Counted from the stretch's first letter, positions 42,078 to 57,844 are shown. The stretch is DNA of 64,000 bases from Chrysomallon squamiferum (GCA_012295275.1 CM022666.1:16058001-16122000), one strand, 5' to 3'. The notes: generated by a model not told the origin, from the sequence alone. Numbers and translations: made by a program.

Positions 42078-42658
42078 TCAGTGTATATTAAATGAACTCT
42101 TCTACGTGTCCAGTGTTAAGTAACGTGGTGGGTATGCTTTGTTTACATAGTAAATGTTATGTTTAGATTATGACATCTCTCTCTGATATCACTTGATATT
42201 ACACATACGGATTCTGCCTCTCTGTTTGACCTAATGTTTCACACTGCTACTGTCTTCCATCACACGCTTTCGCTCCTCTTTTTTTTTTTCTCTTTCTTAT
42301 TTTTTTTTTTCTTCTCCTTTTTACCAAAGAGTGTCTGTGTGTGTACAAGTAAAAATAATTTAACATATCGAGTGGTGCTGTTTGTTTTTCTTGTCGACAG
42401 TTCTCAGTCTGGCGTTGGAGAAAATCGGTAGTGGCCTGTCAACTGCCAATTACAGACGAACATCTCGTCGCGAAAATAAACACAGATTAGCAGATTTAGA
42501 ACACTTTGCCCTTCCCTTACAGGAAGACCTGCGATAGGCCAGTGGTTTGCGCGTCTGCTCGAGTTTAAAGAAGGATTGGCAGGTGTGAACAGGGTGCAGG
42601 AAAGAGAGTGAATATGATCCAGGGCAGAAGTTGTGTAAGTTACAAGGAAGAGGGTACA

Positions 42659-42850
42659 GGCGATACGACTGGGAGAGTATAGAGGACAGACGAGAGTCTA
42701 TAAGATACAACCACTGTTACAAGGAAGATAGTATAGGCGATACGACTGGGAGAGTAAAGGATAGACGAGAGTCTATAAGATACAACCACTGTTACAAGGA
42801 AGATAGTAACGATACGACTGGGGAGTATAAAGGATAGGTCTATAAGAAAC
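42659..42850. repeat. ~75-bp tandem repeat, about 2.5 copies
   Basis: CGATACGACTGGG at 42661, 42738 and 42810, with shared GTCTATAAGATACAACCACTGTTACAAGGAAGATAGTA. Confidence 0.92.
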
Positions 42851-43253
42851 AACATGAAGAGCTTACAGAAACAACATAAAGCTTGTAAGGAAGAGAGAAG
42901 AGACCATGATATTTACGAGAAAGAAGTTGTGTAGGATACTAGAAATAAAGGATCTAAGGAAATTAGTACGTGTGACAGTGAAAGAGATTTTGTAAGATAG
43001 AAGGTGGAAAATATACACGAAACAAGTGTTAGAGAATACAAGAAATAAAGTATAACAGGATACAAGAATTAAAGTATGATAGGATACAGGAAATAAAATA
43101 AAGGATACACGAAAGGGTACATAGAATATAGCTAATAAAACATAACACACCCGTCTTATATTTATGTTACTACATATTTAAAAACTACATGATACTAAAC
43201 ACATAAACAAATAAATAAATAAATAAAAAAATAAAAAAAAACAAATAAACAAA

Positions 43254-43284
<31 letters not shown>

Positions 43285-44336
43285 ATTAATTAATTAATAT
43301 ACGGAAAAATAAATTTGCAATAAAACAAAACGTACAATATATATGTATATATAACCTGAAAAAATGGTTGCAATTAAAAGAAAAACGGCGGACGTAGGAA
43401 ATAAAACAAAAGCAAGCCTGAAGCTGTAACGAAGTAGAGAAAAACAATTTAACAACGTGTGGAAAGGCAAAGATCTCATCAACGAGGTATTTTTTTTTTT
43501 CACATATTTTACAACGAGAAGAGCGGAGTTTAACCCGGCCTTCATTTCACAACGCGCGTATTAAATGTTAGCCTACGCTCCGAAGACTCGTAATAATGTC
43601 AGAATCAAATAAAACTATACACGTATATGGATTCGGCCGGATTATTTTACGATTTATACTTAACGATCCTATTAAAGCGACCCCCTACGTTTAAATTCAA
43701 GACAGACACGCCGAAAAGAGGACGGGCGTTTGGCAAATCATCCCATAACAGAGTTTTGTTTTTTTTCTTTATTTTATTTCGAATCCCGGCACTAAACTGT
43801 TTGTCGGATGAACAATAAAAAAGAGTAACTCTAGCCGCTTCGCTTCGTCTTTGAAGTGCTTGTTAGCTTATCCACGTCGGCAACAATGTGGTCATTTTTT
43901 GTCGTAATTACAAGCTGGAGAACGTGCTACGTGTTTGTGCGAGGTTTTGTGCGTACGGGTCTAATTTGTTTTGTGTTTGTGAAGATTTACTGCCGGGTAT
44001 CGCCGAACGCCGGTTTCGGGTGACGAGGGTCACTCGGGTACTCGATGTGTGACGTCACTGGTAAATTCTAGAACTGAAGCGGTCGCCTTGGAAACGTGAT
44101 CTGCGAAGTTATTTAGTGTACAAGTTCACTTCACAAACTGATAATGCAGTGTTTTCTTTTCTTACTCTTTTTTTTTAATTATATTTTTAAAAATTTATTA
44201 TTATTATTATTTTTTTTACATTTACGAAGTAAAGAATGTCATAGAATGTGATTTAAACAAACATTTTGAAAACAAAATTAACATGAACGCGGACAAACAA
44301 ACGCATTTATATAAATACATACATATATATATACAG

Positions 44337-44384
<48 letters not shown>

Positions 44385-44713
44385 ATATAAAATAAGAAAT
44401 AAATTCATTATAATAACATTACCTGCAGCTTCACAAATATTTTTCTCTTCTTATATATATATAATATATACAATAATAATATAATTGTTATGACGTCATC
44501 GGATTAATGACGTAGTTTGAGAAAGCCGCGTCAAATTGCTGAACATCAATTTTATACAGTTTTATCATTTCACAAAAGTGTAAAAAACGAATTACTGCAA
44601 GACTCTAAGTTCATATCAATTTTTAATTCATATGTTAGGTTTCTGATATCTGAAAGCAGTTTAAATTAAAAGACAATTAGACAATTTTCAGTTTATGTTT
44701 AATACTAACATAG

Positions 44714-44744
<31 letters not shown>

Positions 44745-44747
44745 TTA

Positions 44748-44785
<38 letters not shown>

Positions 44786-45364
44786 TACTTTATTAAGTGT
44801 GTGTATTTAGTGTGTAAGTATGTGTGCATGTTTGAAAACAATGTGTATCATAAAAAAACTAAAAGTAAATTGATATGTTCTGACACAAAGACTCTCCAGC
44901 CTGTCATTTCCTGTTCACAAAACTAAGGTCAACAACAAAGAGTTTTTATATCACAGTTGTTAGGTGAAAAACTGCTGTTTAAAAGTACACGTCTCTACTA
45001 CACGCCTACGTCTATCAATCACCCCACGTGACCGGGTTAACCCGTTCTAACCACATATTTGTTGTCGCTAAATCAAAGGTTGTGATGTATTATACTGGCA
45101 ATGGAAGTAACAAGACCTATGTTGAAAAAAAGTCTTAAAAAAAATATATATATATATATATAGAGGAAACAGTAAAATAGGTTATTTATTTATTTATTTA
45201 TTTACTTATTTATTACCTTGTTATTATTTTTTCTTGTTTTTTTTTTTTTTTTTTTTTTACTTATTTTTTATTTTTAATGACAAGACTTTTTAGTCTAACA
45301 ACTACATCATCAAAATATATTAAATAACTTAACATGTAAACATTACTAAAACAACAACAACTCT

Positions 45365-45416
<52 letters not shown>

Positions 45417-46277
45417 TGTTGTTGTTGTTGTTGTTGTTATATTCTTTTTTTTTTTTTTTTTGGTTATTGTTCTAGTTGTTAGCATCCTCATCACTGTTCC
45501 TGTTACTGATGATTTATAATGATTCTGTTGTCTGAATACAGGTAATTTGTGTGATCGCAAACAATAAAAAAAAAAAAAAAAAAAGGAAAATTGAGAGCCC
45601 TGTAACACTATATTCTACAAGTATTTAGGAAGCCGTACATTTAAAGTCTTAAGAAAACACAACTAAACTTTATTACAGAGTTATTAAAGATTTCACTTTG
45701 ATCAATACTCAGTTTCAACCAGCGAATTAACTATTAACCTCGAGATAGCGGTATCAGTATTACGTAATTACCAGATAATCTCCCTTTATCGACTCTTTCA
45801 AACAGTTATCCTTCTTTACAGCGCTCTTTTAAAATTTTAGTTTTGCTTCATATTGTAACAGCGGTCACATGATAGCGTTGATATTCCCAGAGATTTTGTT
45901 TTATTTATTCATTTTTTAACATGCGAGGTGTGGCTTAATAATTTAAATGGAGGTTTTTCAGATTTAGGTTTTTATTCTAAGTGCTAGAATTTCTCTGTGC
46001 CTGTGTAGTAACAGTGTGTTTTAAAACTGTGGCTAAAGAAAGTCTTTAAAGTAATCCAAGTTTAAAAAACTGAGAAGAAAAGAAAGAAAAAAAAAGAGAA
46101 GAAAAGAAAGAAAAGACGAATGAAACTATGAAGAAGAAGAAAGAGAAGGAATTAAAAATTAAAACTAAAAAAAAAAAAAAAAAAAAAGATGAATAATAAA
46201 AACATTAAAATCAGTCCAGAAAGAAAAAAAATATATTAATAATAATAATAATAATAGTAGTAGTAGTAGTAGTAGTA

Positions 46278-46316
<39 letters not shown>

Positions 46317-46938
46317 GTAATAATAATAATAACAATAATAACAACAACAACAATAATAACAATAAAATTAAATTAAATTAAATAAAATTAAATTAAATTA
46401 AAATAAAACAAAAATTAAAAATTAAAAATAACTAAATAAATGTAAAAATTAAAAGTCGGAAAAAGAACGATTGTTTCAAAACCTCTGCTGCTATTAAAGC
46501 TATATAAATATCTAACCCGAACTCGCTGAATGTTTTTCACACACAGTAAGTGAATAATAAACAAAACTTGTAGAGCGTTTGAAAACGAGACAACAAAGCT
46601 GAAAGAACTGAAATACAGTCAGAGAAAACGGTTTAAAAACGAAAACTAAAATAACAACATAAAAACAACGACAAATAAAATAAATAAAAATTATAATAAT
46701 AAACAGTAAAACTATGAAAAGAAGATAAATAAATAAATAAATAGTCGCAAAAGATGAAGGAAAAGCACACAGACAAAACAAAATAAAAATAAAATAAATA
46801 AATAAATAATAATTTTTTAAATAAATGAATGAATGAATAAATAAATAAATAAACAAATAAATAATAAGATTTTAAATAAATAAATAATAAATAAATAAAT
46901 AAATAAGATTTTAAATAAATAAATAAATAAATAAAAAA

Positions 46939-46989
<51 letters not shown>

Positions 46990-48319
46990 GAATTTAAATA
47001 AATAAAAATCAAGAAAAGTAAAAGAGTATTTAAAAAAAAAAAAAGGAAGACGCAAACATACAACAACAACAACAAGAACAAGAAGAACATGAATAAAAAC
47101 CGAGAAGAAAAGGAAGATGGCGATAAGATGGTATCAGGCTGGAGAGTAAAGCGCGGTGACAGATATTAACGCTGCTGTATATCACACTCTAAAGAGACGA
47201 GTTAAAATATGAAAATATATGCAAGTGGGACAAAGCTTACTGCGTTGGAGTGGAAATCGCTTTACCTGTCGCATCATTTTCACTGTCAGAGTTAATAATC
47301 GCACAACAAGGCTACGCGGCCTCGCATAATGGAAAGAAATCCCAGTCTTTTTTAACTGGTGAAAAAACAGCCAGACGTTTCTTCCAGTTCCATGTGGTTG
47401 CCGCAGTCTGTGCGGAGATTTATTGAGGCAAGGAATGTACGAGGGGCAGAGAGAAACCAGCGGGCAGTTATCAGCGCTGGAACACAAACAACCTGCTTCT
47501 GTAATGAGAACAAAAAAGGCCTGTGTCTGTGCTGTGGTTTGTTTTACGCTGTTGTGGTGGGTGCTTGCGCCGTAGCACGCGGTTTCCACGTCTGACGCCA
47601 GTCCCGTGGGTAGGATTAGGACGCTTTCAGAAGGAGAGACGTTCCCTGGTTGACGCTGACGTCGTCTGTCCAGACTTAATATGAACCCTGTTAGATTTGT
47701 CAGTCAGTTAATTTGTATCAGGTATCAACAGTGTCCCGAAGTTAATTACTAGCCTGTTTTACAAACGTCGTGAAGTTAATTTGTATATAAATATTCTGAA
47801 GTCAATTTGTATCTAAATATTCTGAAGTTAATGTTTAACCTGTCTCAGAAACGTCCTGAAGTTAATTTCGATAATTTTTCTCATTCGAACACGAAAGGTG
47901 GTTTCCAAGATGCCCATTAAAAAATTAATTTCGATAATTTTATCCCTGAGTTTACAAAGTTAATCTGTATCCTGTGTCACTGTAGTCCCCAGGTTTAATT
48001 CAGCTCTTTTGTTATTGGTGACTAAAAAATAATTCAATTTTGTGAATTCAAAATTTAATTTCACTATGATTTATGTCGTACAGCTGATATGGACCCAGTA
48101 ACATTAATGTGTTGGAATCAAGACAAATCTTAAATCTGGCTCCAGTTACTCCAGTGTTAACTGGGTTCATAACAAATATGTGTTTGAAGTGGAAGAGCGT
48201 ACACAAATCTCATTACTCGTTTTATCTATAGTTAGACAGTATTAACGACGTCTCCCAGGTCAAAGTTGAGTTGGATCATCGAAACAAAGTTTTTGTAAAT
48301 CAAAAGTAAGTTGGGACAG

Positions 48320-48840
48320 TGTTAACAAAGTCGTCTAATTTAAAATTGTTTTGAATCATCTTGACAAAGACGTCTAATTTAAAATTGTTTTGAATCATCT
48401 TAACAAAGTCGTATAATTTAAAATTGTTTTGAATCATCTTGACAAAGTCGTCTAATTTAAAATTGTTTTGAATCATCTTGACAAAGTCATCTAATTTAAA
48501 ATTGTTTTGAATCATCTTGACAAAGTTGTCTAATTTAAAATTGTTTTGAATCATCTTGACAAAGTCGTCTAATTTAAAATTGTTTTGAATCATCTTAACA
48601 AAGACGTCTAATTTAAAATTGTTTTGAATCATCTTAACAACAAAATCGTCTTAATTTAAAATTTATTTGAATCATCATAACAAAGTCGTCTAATTTAAAA
48701 TTGTTTTGAATCATCTTGACAAATTCGTCTAATTTAATGTTGTTTTGAATCATCTTGACAAAGTCGTGTAATTTAAAATTGTTTTGAATCATCTTGACAA
48801 AGTCGTCTAATTTAAAAGTTATTTTTTTATAATCTTGATA
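48320..48840. repeat. 39-bp minisatellite, about 13 copies
   Basis: Unit TTGACAAAGTCGTCTAATTTAAAATTGTTTTGAATCATC, with decayed copies on both flanks. Confidence 0.96.
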
Positions 48841-51479
48841 ATTTCATTCAATTCAGAGATTAATTTTGATAATCTTAATAAAGTCATCCAGTGCTGGAGA
48901 CAATGTGTATCAACAGAAACATTTGTTGTAACTTTAATATGATTCTCTTCTACACGTATAAAAGGATTAATCATAGAACTGATGGATCAAATATACTTTT
49001 GTGATTATTTCACAATTAGCTGATCCAAGTTTTCTCCTGACTGTGGGGAAAAAAGCATGCAAAATAACGTCACTGTTACATGACGTCATAGATACAAGTT
49101 TACATTTTTTAACATAAATATAGCATCTTACAGCCACAAGACTTCATAATAATATAACTTCACAGAGACAAAACATCATTATTATAAGACTATTGCTAAT
49201 TATAAACCTTCACATATGCCAGACTTTGCAGTTATCAGATTTATAGTTACAGAACTTATGATGTCTTAAAGATACAGTACTTCTCACAACTGCGAAACTT
49301 CATATCTTCAACACTTCAAACCTATAGGACTTAGTACAAAACTATGGAAAAAGAAAACACTTTCAGGCAAAGACTACAATTCTAACAAACGCGCAGACTG
49401 ATCTACAACATGGCCCCTGTTAGTTGGTTTTAAAACAGAATTAAGGCTCTAACCGACTAAGAAGTAAATATTTCGACGAAGTCACTAATGTGCTGCTTTG
49501 TTTCGTGTGCTAAGAAGAGCACATTAAAGCGAGGACTCCACTGACAGCGGAGATAAAGTCTGGTGATTTCTAATGGAACGAATCTACAGCTTTTCACTTA
49601 TCTTCATCTCCAGAGACTCGGGTGTATAAAGAAGAAAATAAAGTAATATAAAGCAGAGCTTTACAACGATAAAACGTTTACCACAGTTAAACGCGGCGGA
49701 GAGCCGACTATTTGCACTGATAATATCAGTTCCTTATTAGTCACCGTGCGTTTTGAAATGATAACCATCACATTAGATGTACGAAAGTTTCTACTGTCTG
49801 AGAAAAAAAAATAATAATAAACCCCACATAAATAATAAAATCGTATTCTGGTTTGAAAGGTAATACAGAGTAGGTGTACGAGATATAGGGCAATTAGCGA
49901 ACGGCTGGAAAAGCGCATGAACCTCAATCGAACACGTTTGCTTGTACAAGCGGTTTGGCTTGAACAAAACATTAAAGACATCCCCATTTCACTGGTCTTT
50001 GTGTAGTCGATTCACTGCGCCTGAAAGCCTCGACACAAACCACTCAGCGCACAGTGCGACCATAAACTGAGCCAGGAAACTGGCTTCCATTTGCATTATT
50101 TGAAATTCATGTCCCAAAAAGAAAGAGAAGAGAAAAGAATCTTTGAGCGTTTTGTAAAGCGTGAAAAAAAAATGCTGTTAGGATTTAAGTGCCCTCATGT
50201 TGTCGGTGTGTTGTTGTTGTTGTTGCTGGTCGTGGTGGTAGCAGCAGCAGCCGCCGAATAGCGGAGTCGTCGTCCGTGTCGCCAGTGTGACGGAGATGAT
50301 GATGAGTACAGGGGTTGAGTTTGTTTAAACTCGCGGAGAATTGCCGCTTTATGGGTAACAGTGAGACGGCGCAGCGACTTGAAAAGAGGGTTAAACGTGT
50401 TTACTCTTTACACACTGTCACCCTCAATCGTCGCAGAACCGAGCGGCTACGACAACGAAGAGAGGACTCGAACAAACAAACAAAAAAATGAAAAAAAAAA
50501 AAAAAAGTGGACAATCGAAGGAGACGTATTAGAAAGGATTAGGACGCAGATGGGATAAAATGAACAAACCAAACACATGTCGGAAAAAAGATCTTCAGTT
50601 TGATGAGAAAACGTCTGAAGAGTATTAAGACCGATAAATGAGCTTATCAAACATTAAAAAGTATCGCTTGAAACTGACGCTGGTTCTAACAAGAGAATTA
50701 AAGAGTTTAAGACGGATAGTGTTTCAGGGTAATTTTCATCACCTCTCCCCTTTAATGAAAGCCACCTGGAAGAATGGTCGTAAAAACACCGTCTTCTAGA
50801 TAACTGCAACTTTGATAAGTCACTTTATGGATGACGATAAGAGCAAATAATTTACTTCAACACGTTATGAGGGATATACAAGAAATAAGCTTATCCATCG
50901 ACAACAGTTAAGTTTAATGTCCCTAAATGACGTTTGTTAACTTCAGCACTTTGAAAAAGAAACACGCCTCGCGGAACACACGTGCAAAGGTGCACTGATG
51001 ACGTTTCTGTCAGTGCGTGAAATAAAACATGGATTCTTATAAAGTGCGTGATGAAAAGTGAAAAGTTAGATATAAGATTAGATCAACTTTTCACTGGATT
51101 TATCTAGTTCGTTTCAGACCGTGTTCGACTAGATAGCTCTAGATTAAATGATTATATTTGTCTGTATTAACAAAATTAAAATATTTAAACAAAAGGTGAC
51201 AAATAAAATAATAGGAAAAGGAAATAAATATTTAGCAAAACAATAAATAAAGATTCAAATACATATTCCACAATATTAAAGAAAGTATTTTAAAACAAAA
51301 CATCAACAAAAAACGGAAAAAAACCCGATTAAAAATTATATGTAAACAGAGGGACAAATGGAAAGGCAGATGAGATGATAGCTAAACAAACAAAGAGATA
51401 TGGAGAAAGTTAAACATACAGACATAAAGCTATATAAATAGACAAACAGATAGATAGAAAGATAGGGAGATACATATAT

Positions 51480-51514
51480 AAATAGATACATAGATAGATA
51501 GATAGACAGAAGAC

Positions 51515-51565
<51 letters not shown>

Positions 51566-51582
51566 GAGATATATAGAAAGAC

Positions 51583-51672
<90 letters not shown>
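51480..51672. repeat. (GATA)n(GACA)n(GATA)n compound microsatellite
   Basis: Directly visible. Confidence 0.95.
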
Positions 51673-51673
<1 letters not shown>

Positions 51674-52699
51674 AAATTAAAATGAAAAATATAAAACCAT
51701 AATTCAAACCAAGGTCTGTATGTATAAACTATACATTACACTTTTAATCTACGACGTATTAAGTTAATTTTCGAGAAAAGCTTATCGCAGTTAACACAGG
51801 GCTCAGTGTGGCACATTGCGCGGTTGACGTGGATCACGGGTGCTGGCTGCAGGGTTTCAAACCTCCCTGGAATGTCTCTCATTTGTTTCTTTGTTTTCGA
51901 GTGTTTGTTTCAAATCGAGGTTCGCCGGAAACGGAAGCGTTCTGTTTGTGTTGCGATACTTCGGAGGTAATCACTGGGTGTTAATCGCACGAGATGGCCG
52001 AGCTGTCTAAGTGTAAAACAAACACGTGCAGAACGTGATAACAAGAATGTGTCACTCTGCAGTCACTTCACCAGATAACAGAGCCAAACCCTGGGGTCGA
52101 TTGTGACTTTTTTTTTTTAATTTTAATTTTTTTTTTTTTTATCTGTTTTTGTTTTGTTTTGTTTTCTTTCTTTTCCTTTTCTTCCTTACTTTCTTTCTCT
52201 GTTAATCTTTTATATTTTTTTCTTTATTCTTTTCTTTCATTAATTTTGTTTTTTTTTTTTTTTTTTTTTATCGTATTGGCTGCCTTCCTTTCTTTCGTTT
52301 TTTTTTTCTTTGTTTCTGTTTCCTCTTACTTTCTATCCATCTTTCTTTGATTTTCTATTTTCTTTAGCTTTTTCATAAAAGAAACAAAGTGTAACAGAAT
52401 ATCCATGTAGCTGTTTTACTACAACAGAGAAAATTAACACAAGGCACTACACATTCTTACCATTCATTTTCTTTAGTTTATAATAATAGTTGGAAGACTT
52501 TTCATCATTTTGTATCTATAAACACCTGTTTATAATTTTGTCTTTCAAGCTCTCGTAATCCAAAAAATAGCCAATCATTGTCATCTTCTCCTTTTGCCAA
52601 TCACCAATACCGTAACATCTACCCTACTCTCTTTATGCTATCCGAAATACGTTAGTATTTATAAAAACAATTTCATGTTACCAACAATTCAATATTCAC

Positions 52700-53410
52700 T
52701 GACTGCCCTTACACCAGTGGAAATACCACTGATATAACACCTTATTTATGCCGCCACAAACATTACAGTATCTATCTTGGCTGTCCACATACGTACAGGA
52801 ATACTGTTATTACCTAGCACTCACTTTAATAGAGGAAATACCATAACATGCATCACACGCTCCATATACCTCACCAGGAATACCATTATCATCTAGCTCT
52901 CCTTTCATACTGAGGAGGTTCGTAATACAATTATATAATGCTCTCCATATGTGACCAGGAACACCCTAATAAGCTTAATACTTTCTTTATATCGCTGCGA
53001 AATTTCTACTGTCCACAGTGAAATTCTTTTTCATGAATAATATCAAAACAAACATGATTCTCTAGGAATATCAGTGTGAACAAGGCTCGCCTGATGTCGT
53101 ATCATTGAGAATGCAACACTCGCCCGATGTCATAACCAGGAATTTCATAACGTGCCGTAAAGTCGCAAGATCTGACATTACCAGGAACATCATGGTGTAG
53201 ACTTTGCTCGCCTGGCGTTATAGACATCATCAGTAATACCATAATTTTCTTCATGCTCGCCCGAGTTTATTAGATCGCCAGAAATGCCACACTGTGCGAA
53301 ATACTCGCCCGATCTTGTACCACCAGGAATACCACCACCACACCATAGCATCCGTCATTCAAGCTTTTATAGCACCAGTAGTAACATAAAATTAACAAGA
53401 GAACCAGGTG
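52700..53410. repeat. Decayed ~40-50-bp tandem array
   Basis: Alternating ACCAGGAA (~52873, 52954, 53135, 53180, 53322) and CTCGCCYG (~53086, 53119, 53207, 53256, 53304). Confidence 0.65.
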
Positions 53411-53864
53411 GTCGATAAAAAAAAAAAAAAATAAAAAATATATATACATATATAAAAATCGTAAAAAAATCCATTTTTTTTTTCCACTTTTATTTTCATT
53501 GCCAGAAAGGTGCTGGCTTCCCGCCTGAGAATCGCTGTCACGTTTTGGCAAGATGCGAAGACAAAAGCCCTCAGTTCCTGGTTTCCGCGGCCGCAAGAAC
53601 AGCCCTCGCTCGTTTAAACAAATGATGTGATCAACATCAGCCACGCCGTAGCAGCAAAGACATTTGTCAAAACAGAGAGTAAGTGGCTGGATTGCTAACA
53701 CTTGCACAGTGGGGGAAAAACAAACCGAAGCCAGCTGACTAGCACGTGCTCTGAGCGGGTAAAGTGGGGGTATTCCTCTTTGAAACGTTTGTTTTTGTTG
53801 TTGTTGCTGTTGATATTATTAACACCATTATCATTATGATTGTTATTATTATCATTATCATTTG

Positions 53865-53930
<66 letters not shown>

Positions 53931-54016
53931 AGTTGGACGAAACAAACTTCTAGATTAAAAATATATTAATAAAAATAACAGTTTATAAATATATATAGAG
54001 AGAGAGACAGAGAGAC

Positions 54017-54081
<65 letters not shown>

Positions 54082-54603
54082 ACAAGTCAGAAAACTATCA
54101 TTTTATTAATACGACATAAACTGATTTCTTTCCTCTCACAAACATCTGTACGCAGACGCACTGTTCGACAAGAAAGATGTAAAAGTAACGTTTAATAAAC
54201 TGTGTACAGGAACCAAGGTCGTGATTTTTTACAAAACGAGAAATATCGGTTCGTTTTATCCTGTTCCATGAACGACATAAAAAAGATATTTACGTATATT
54301 GAAATGTTTGTTGCTTCATGGAAGGGTCTGCTGTACAGATTTCGCTCAAACAGTCTGCACAGTTTTTCGAAACGTTTGAAAAATCTGTCGTTTCCTAGGA
54401 ATTCTCCAATGTGATATTGTTCTCGTGGGGCCTGTAAACTGTGGCTTTCCTGCGCGGTGGCAGTTTTAGTGTAGATGTCTCACAGATGTTTCAGATACGA
54501 ATGTGCTGCTGGGTAATGCAGGCAGTGATTTCAAGATAGAGATTTAGTCAGAAGAAATGAAACAGAAGAATTATAGTTATTCAGTTACATCTGAAAAACC
54601 AGC

Positions 54604-54693
<90 letters not shown>

Positions 54694-56590
54694 CTCTTTC
54701 AGAAAATTAGTTAGAAAGAGAGAACAAATTGAAAGTATAGAAATACAATAAGACGAAACAGAGACATTACGATATGCACACTTTTCTGTTTAACTATTTC
54801 ACCGTCTATAAATATTTCTACTTCCATAAATAAAAAAAAAAATAAAAAATAAACAGAGAGTTAGTTAAAGAGCAAACAGAGAGGGGAAGGGACAATGAGA
54901 CAGAGGAATTCACAGACTGACACAAAGAGAAGGGAATAACACGAACTAATTCGGAAATCAAGTGATTGATAAGTACGAGAAAAACGTAATTAGTCACCAT
55001 TTCCGAACTGTTAATCTTCTAAACCTCAGAATCAACAAATTAAACTACGTGAAAAGGTTGTTTCTTTGCTGCGTTTGTCTTTGCCGGTTGTTACAACACT
55101 CAGAACGGTCGAGTCGCTTGCACAACCAGAGGCGAAAGCGGAATCGACTTAGCCGTGTCCACTCTTAAGAGGATTAAACGCAGGTGAGCGCACGGGAGCC
55201 GTTAATCAAACGTTTATGTTGTTAAGATTATAAAACGGGTTACGATTAACCTGACACGTTCACTCGCAGTTTCACGCCGTACCCTCCCCCAAACCCCCAC
55301 GGGAGTCTCGCGCAGTTTCTGCCCGCATTCATTGCGCTCAGCGAACCGCAACGGCGTCACGCAATCCGTGACCAGTGTCCGTGTTGACCTAGAGCGATCG
55401 TGGTTGGTGTTGATATCCGACGTGGGACGCAGTCCACCACGCCTGAAGGCAGGGCAGTGGACGAAGTCGAGGATTAAGTGTTCTTTGCTTTGGCTCTGCT
55501 TTTCGCTGTCGGTGTTGACAGATAATTAAGATCACGTGATTGGATAACAAATTTCGGGATCAGTTCTTAGTTAATAGAATAATTGCAAAAAAAAAAACAA
55601 CGTCAAACGTCGGAGTGTCTGTGACGTCACAAAATGAAAAGTTGAGAAGTCAAGGACACTCGATAGTAGAAAGAACAACACGATATCAAAGAGAGAAAAA
55701 AAATATATATAAATAAATAAAAATAGAAGGAAAGAAAGAAAGAAAACAAAGAAAAGAAAAAGAAATAAAAGAAACAAAACAAACATTTTGATCTATTTTC
55801 TTTCTTTGCGTCTGTGTCTACGTCCACGTGTACGCTTTTTTGCGTGTATGTAAGTGCGTGTGTGTAAGTGCGTGTGCGTTTGTTTTTGTGAAATTTAATT
55901 ATCAGCATAACTTTCTAATCTAGATTAGTTCCAGTATTTACGTTTTGTGGAATATTTCTTGGAATATAATATAATCTATTACGATATGCATATATATATA
56001 TATATATATCTATATATATATATAAATTGTTAACGATTCTATTTAGAAATATTTTCTTATATTTTCATTCGTGTTATGTAAAGTAAATAAAAGGTAAGGG
56101 TAACAAATATGCGTTATAAAAAAGTCTAAACAAACTGAAGAAAAAACTAAATTCAGACAAACGTAAAAAACAAACAAAATCAGCGCCACCTTCCAGAGGG
56201 AAGAAAAAAACAAAACTGTTCTGCAAGAAGAAAACGAAAACAAATCATAAATAATGAAAGAACTTGCTGAAAAGCGTTGCATGTGGAAAACATTTAAAGG
56301 AGGGGGTCCTACTTTAGAATCTTCTTGTACGTATGTACGTAAACGTTTCTACGTTTTGAAGACGTAGTGTGTCCTATAATTCCTGTGTGCTTGTGTTTAA
56401 ACAATTTCTCTTTCTTTTTCCTCTCTGTCTTATTATTATTATTTTGTTATCTCATGCATTTTTTCTTTTTCACCTTCTCTTCCATGCTCTCTCTTTTTCT
56501 CTCTCTCTTGCGCGCGTTGATGCACAATCACATATACAAACTCTGTCTCCATGAAAGAAGAAATTAAACTACCACCACCACCACTACTAT

Positions 56591-56685
<95 letters not shown>

Positions 56686-57079
56686 TATTTATTATATAAT
56701 ATACATGTGCACACACATACACAAACGCACATTTTGGTACAAAATTCATACACATGATCACCAAAAAACAGACGTCATATTATATAATTTAAAACAAAAA
56801 TAAGAAGAAGAAATAAATTAAAAAACAAACTGTAAACAAGTATCTGACAGATGGATCGTGAAAGAGATCCGCACAGCAAAACGAAACGACTCTCAGGTGA
56901 ACTGCTCCAACTCGCTGATCATACTCGAGTAAATTTAGAAGAATAAATTACTTTTCTACCTTCAACTCTTTTATAGCTCTTCACCGGTGGCAGACAGAAT
57001 TGAAAAACCAGCTTTCGTGTAGTCTGTGCGTAAATATACGTTACGTAAAACTGTCTTATATAGACTGTGTACTTGTGTA

Positions 57080-57139
<60 letters not shown>

Positions 57140-57289
57140 TTATGTCGATTGTGTAGTGTTAATTATACTGTATATCTGGATATGTAGGCCATATAATATA
57201 TATATATATATCAGATTATATCTGGTAGATTATATTAGCTATATCTCATTACGTGATATGTGTGTGTGTGGTTATCTAGCCTATGTCTA

Positions 57290-57730
57290 GTTACATAGAC
57301 TATGAATATTTTGTAATGTAGACAATGTATGTCTTCTTATCTAGATGAAGTGTATCTGTTTATGTAGACAAAGTAGTCCGGTAATTTAGACAACGTAGTC
57401 AATTTTATCTAAACTGTGTCATCTGATTATGATGACTATGTAATCTGAGTATATACACTACATGTATTTTATGGTGTAGATTATGTATATCTGATAATGT
57501 AGACTATTTATATATCATATACTATAATTATATACTATTTATATATCATATCATATAATATTGACTATCTCCACCTTGTAATGTACACTAAATATACCTG
57601 ATAATGTAGATTACATATACCTGATAATGTAGACTACATGTACCTGATACTGTTGATTATATTATATACCTGATAACGTAGATTAGATATACCTGGCTGT
57701 ACAGACTACGTATACGTGTAGTCTACGTAA
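57290..57730. repeat. 23-bp minisatellite, decaying leftwards
   Basis: ATACCTGATAATGTAGAYTACAT, clearest at 57594-57710. Confidence 0.8.
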
Positions 57731-57844
57731 ATCTGGGCTAACAAAAGAAGAGGATTAGGTAATATTTGAGGTCATAATGACGACACCTGTCGCTGTATCA
57801 AGTTCCGACATTCTCTGCAAAAAGTGTCTGATTTATTGACACTG

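Noticed and set aside
42631-42855. ORFs with duplicated peptide (RRESIRYNHCYKEDS)
   Set aside because: By-product of a ~75-bp tandem repeat whose units change frame.
44415-44430. Second CAG|GTAATG as a recursive site
   Set aside because: No pyrimidine tract, and an AG lies just upstream (GAAGCTGCAG). At most a cryptic donor.
47182-47595. Non-repetitive ORFs on both strands as a nested gene
   Set aside because: No recognisable domain, non-ATG starts and no partner exons. More likely a GC-rich regulatory block.
48300-48840. Repeat protein or CRISPR-like array
   Set aside because: Head-to-tail 39-bp units with no unique spacers and no cas genes. The open frame follows from the unit length being a multiple of 3.
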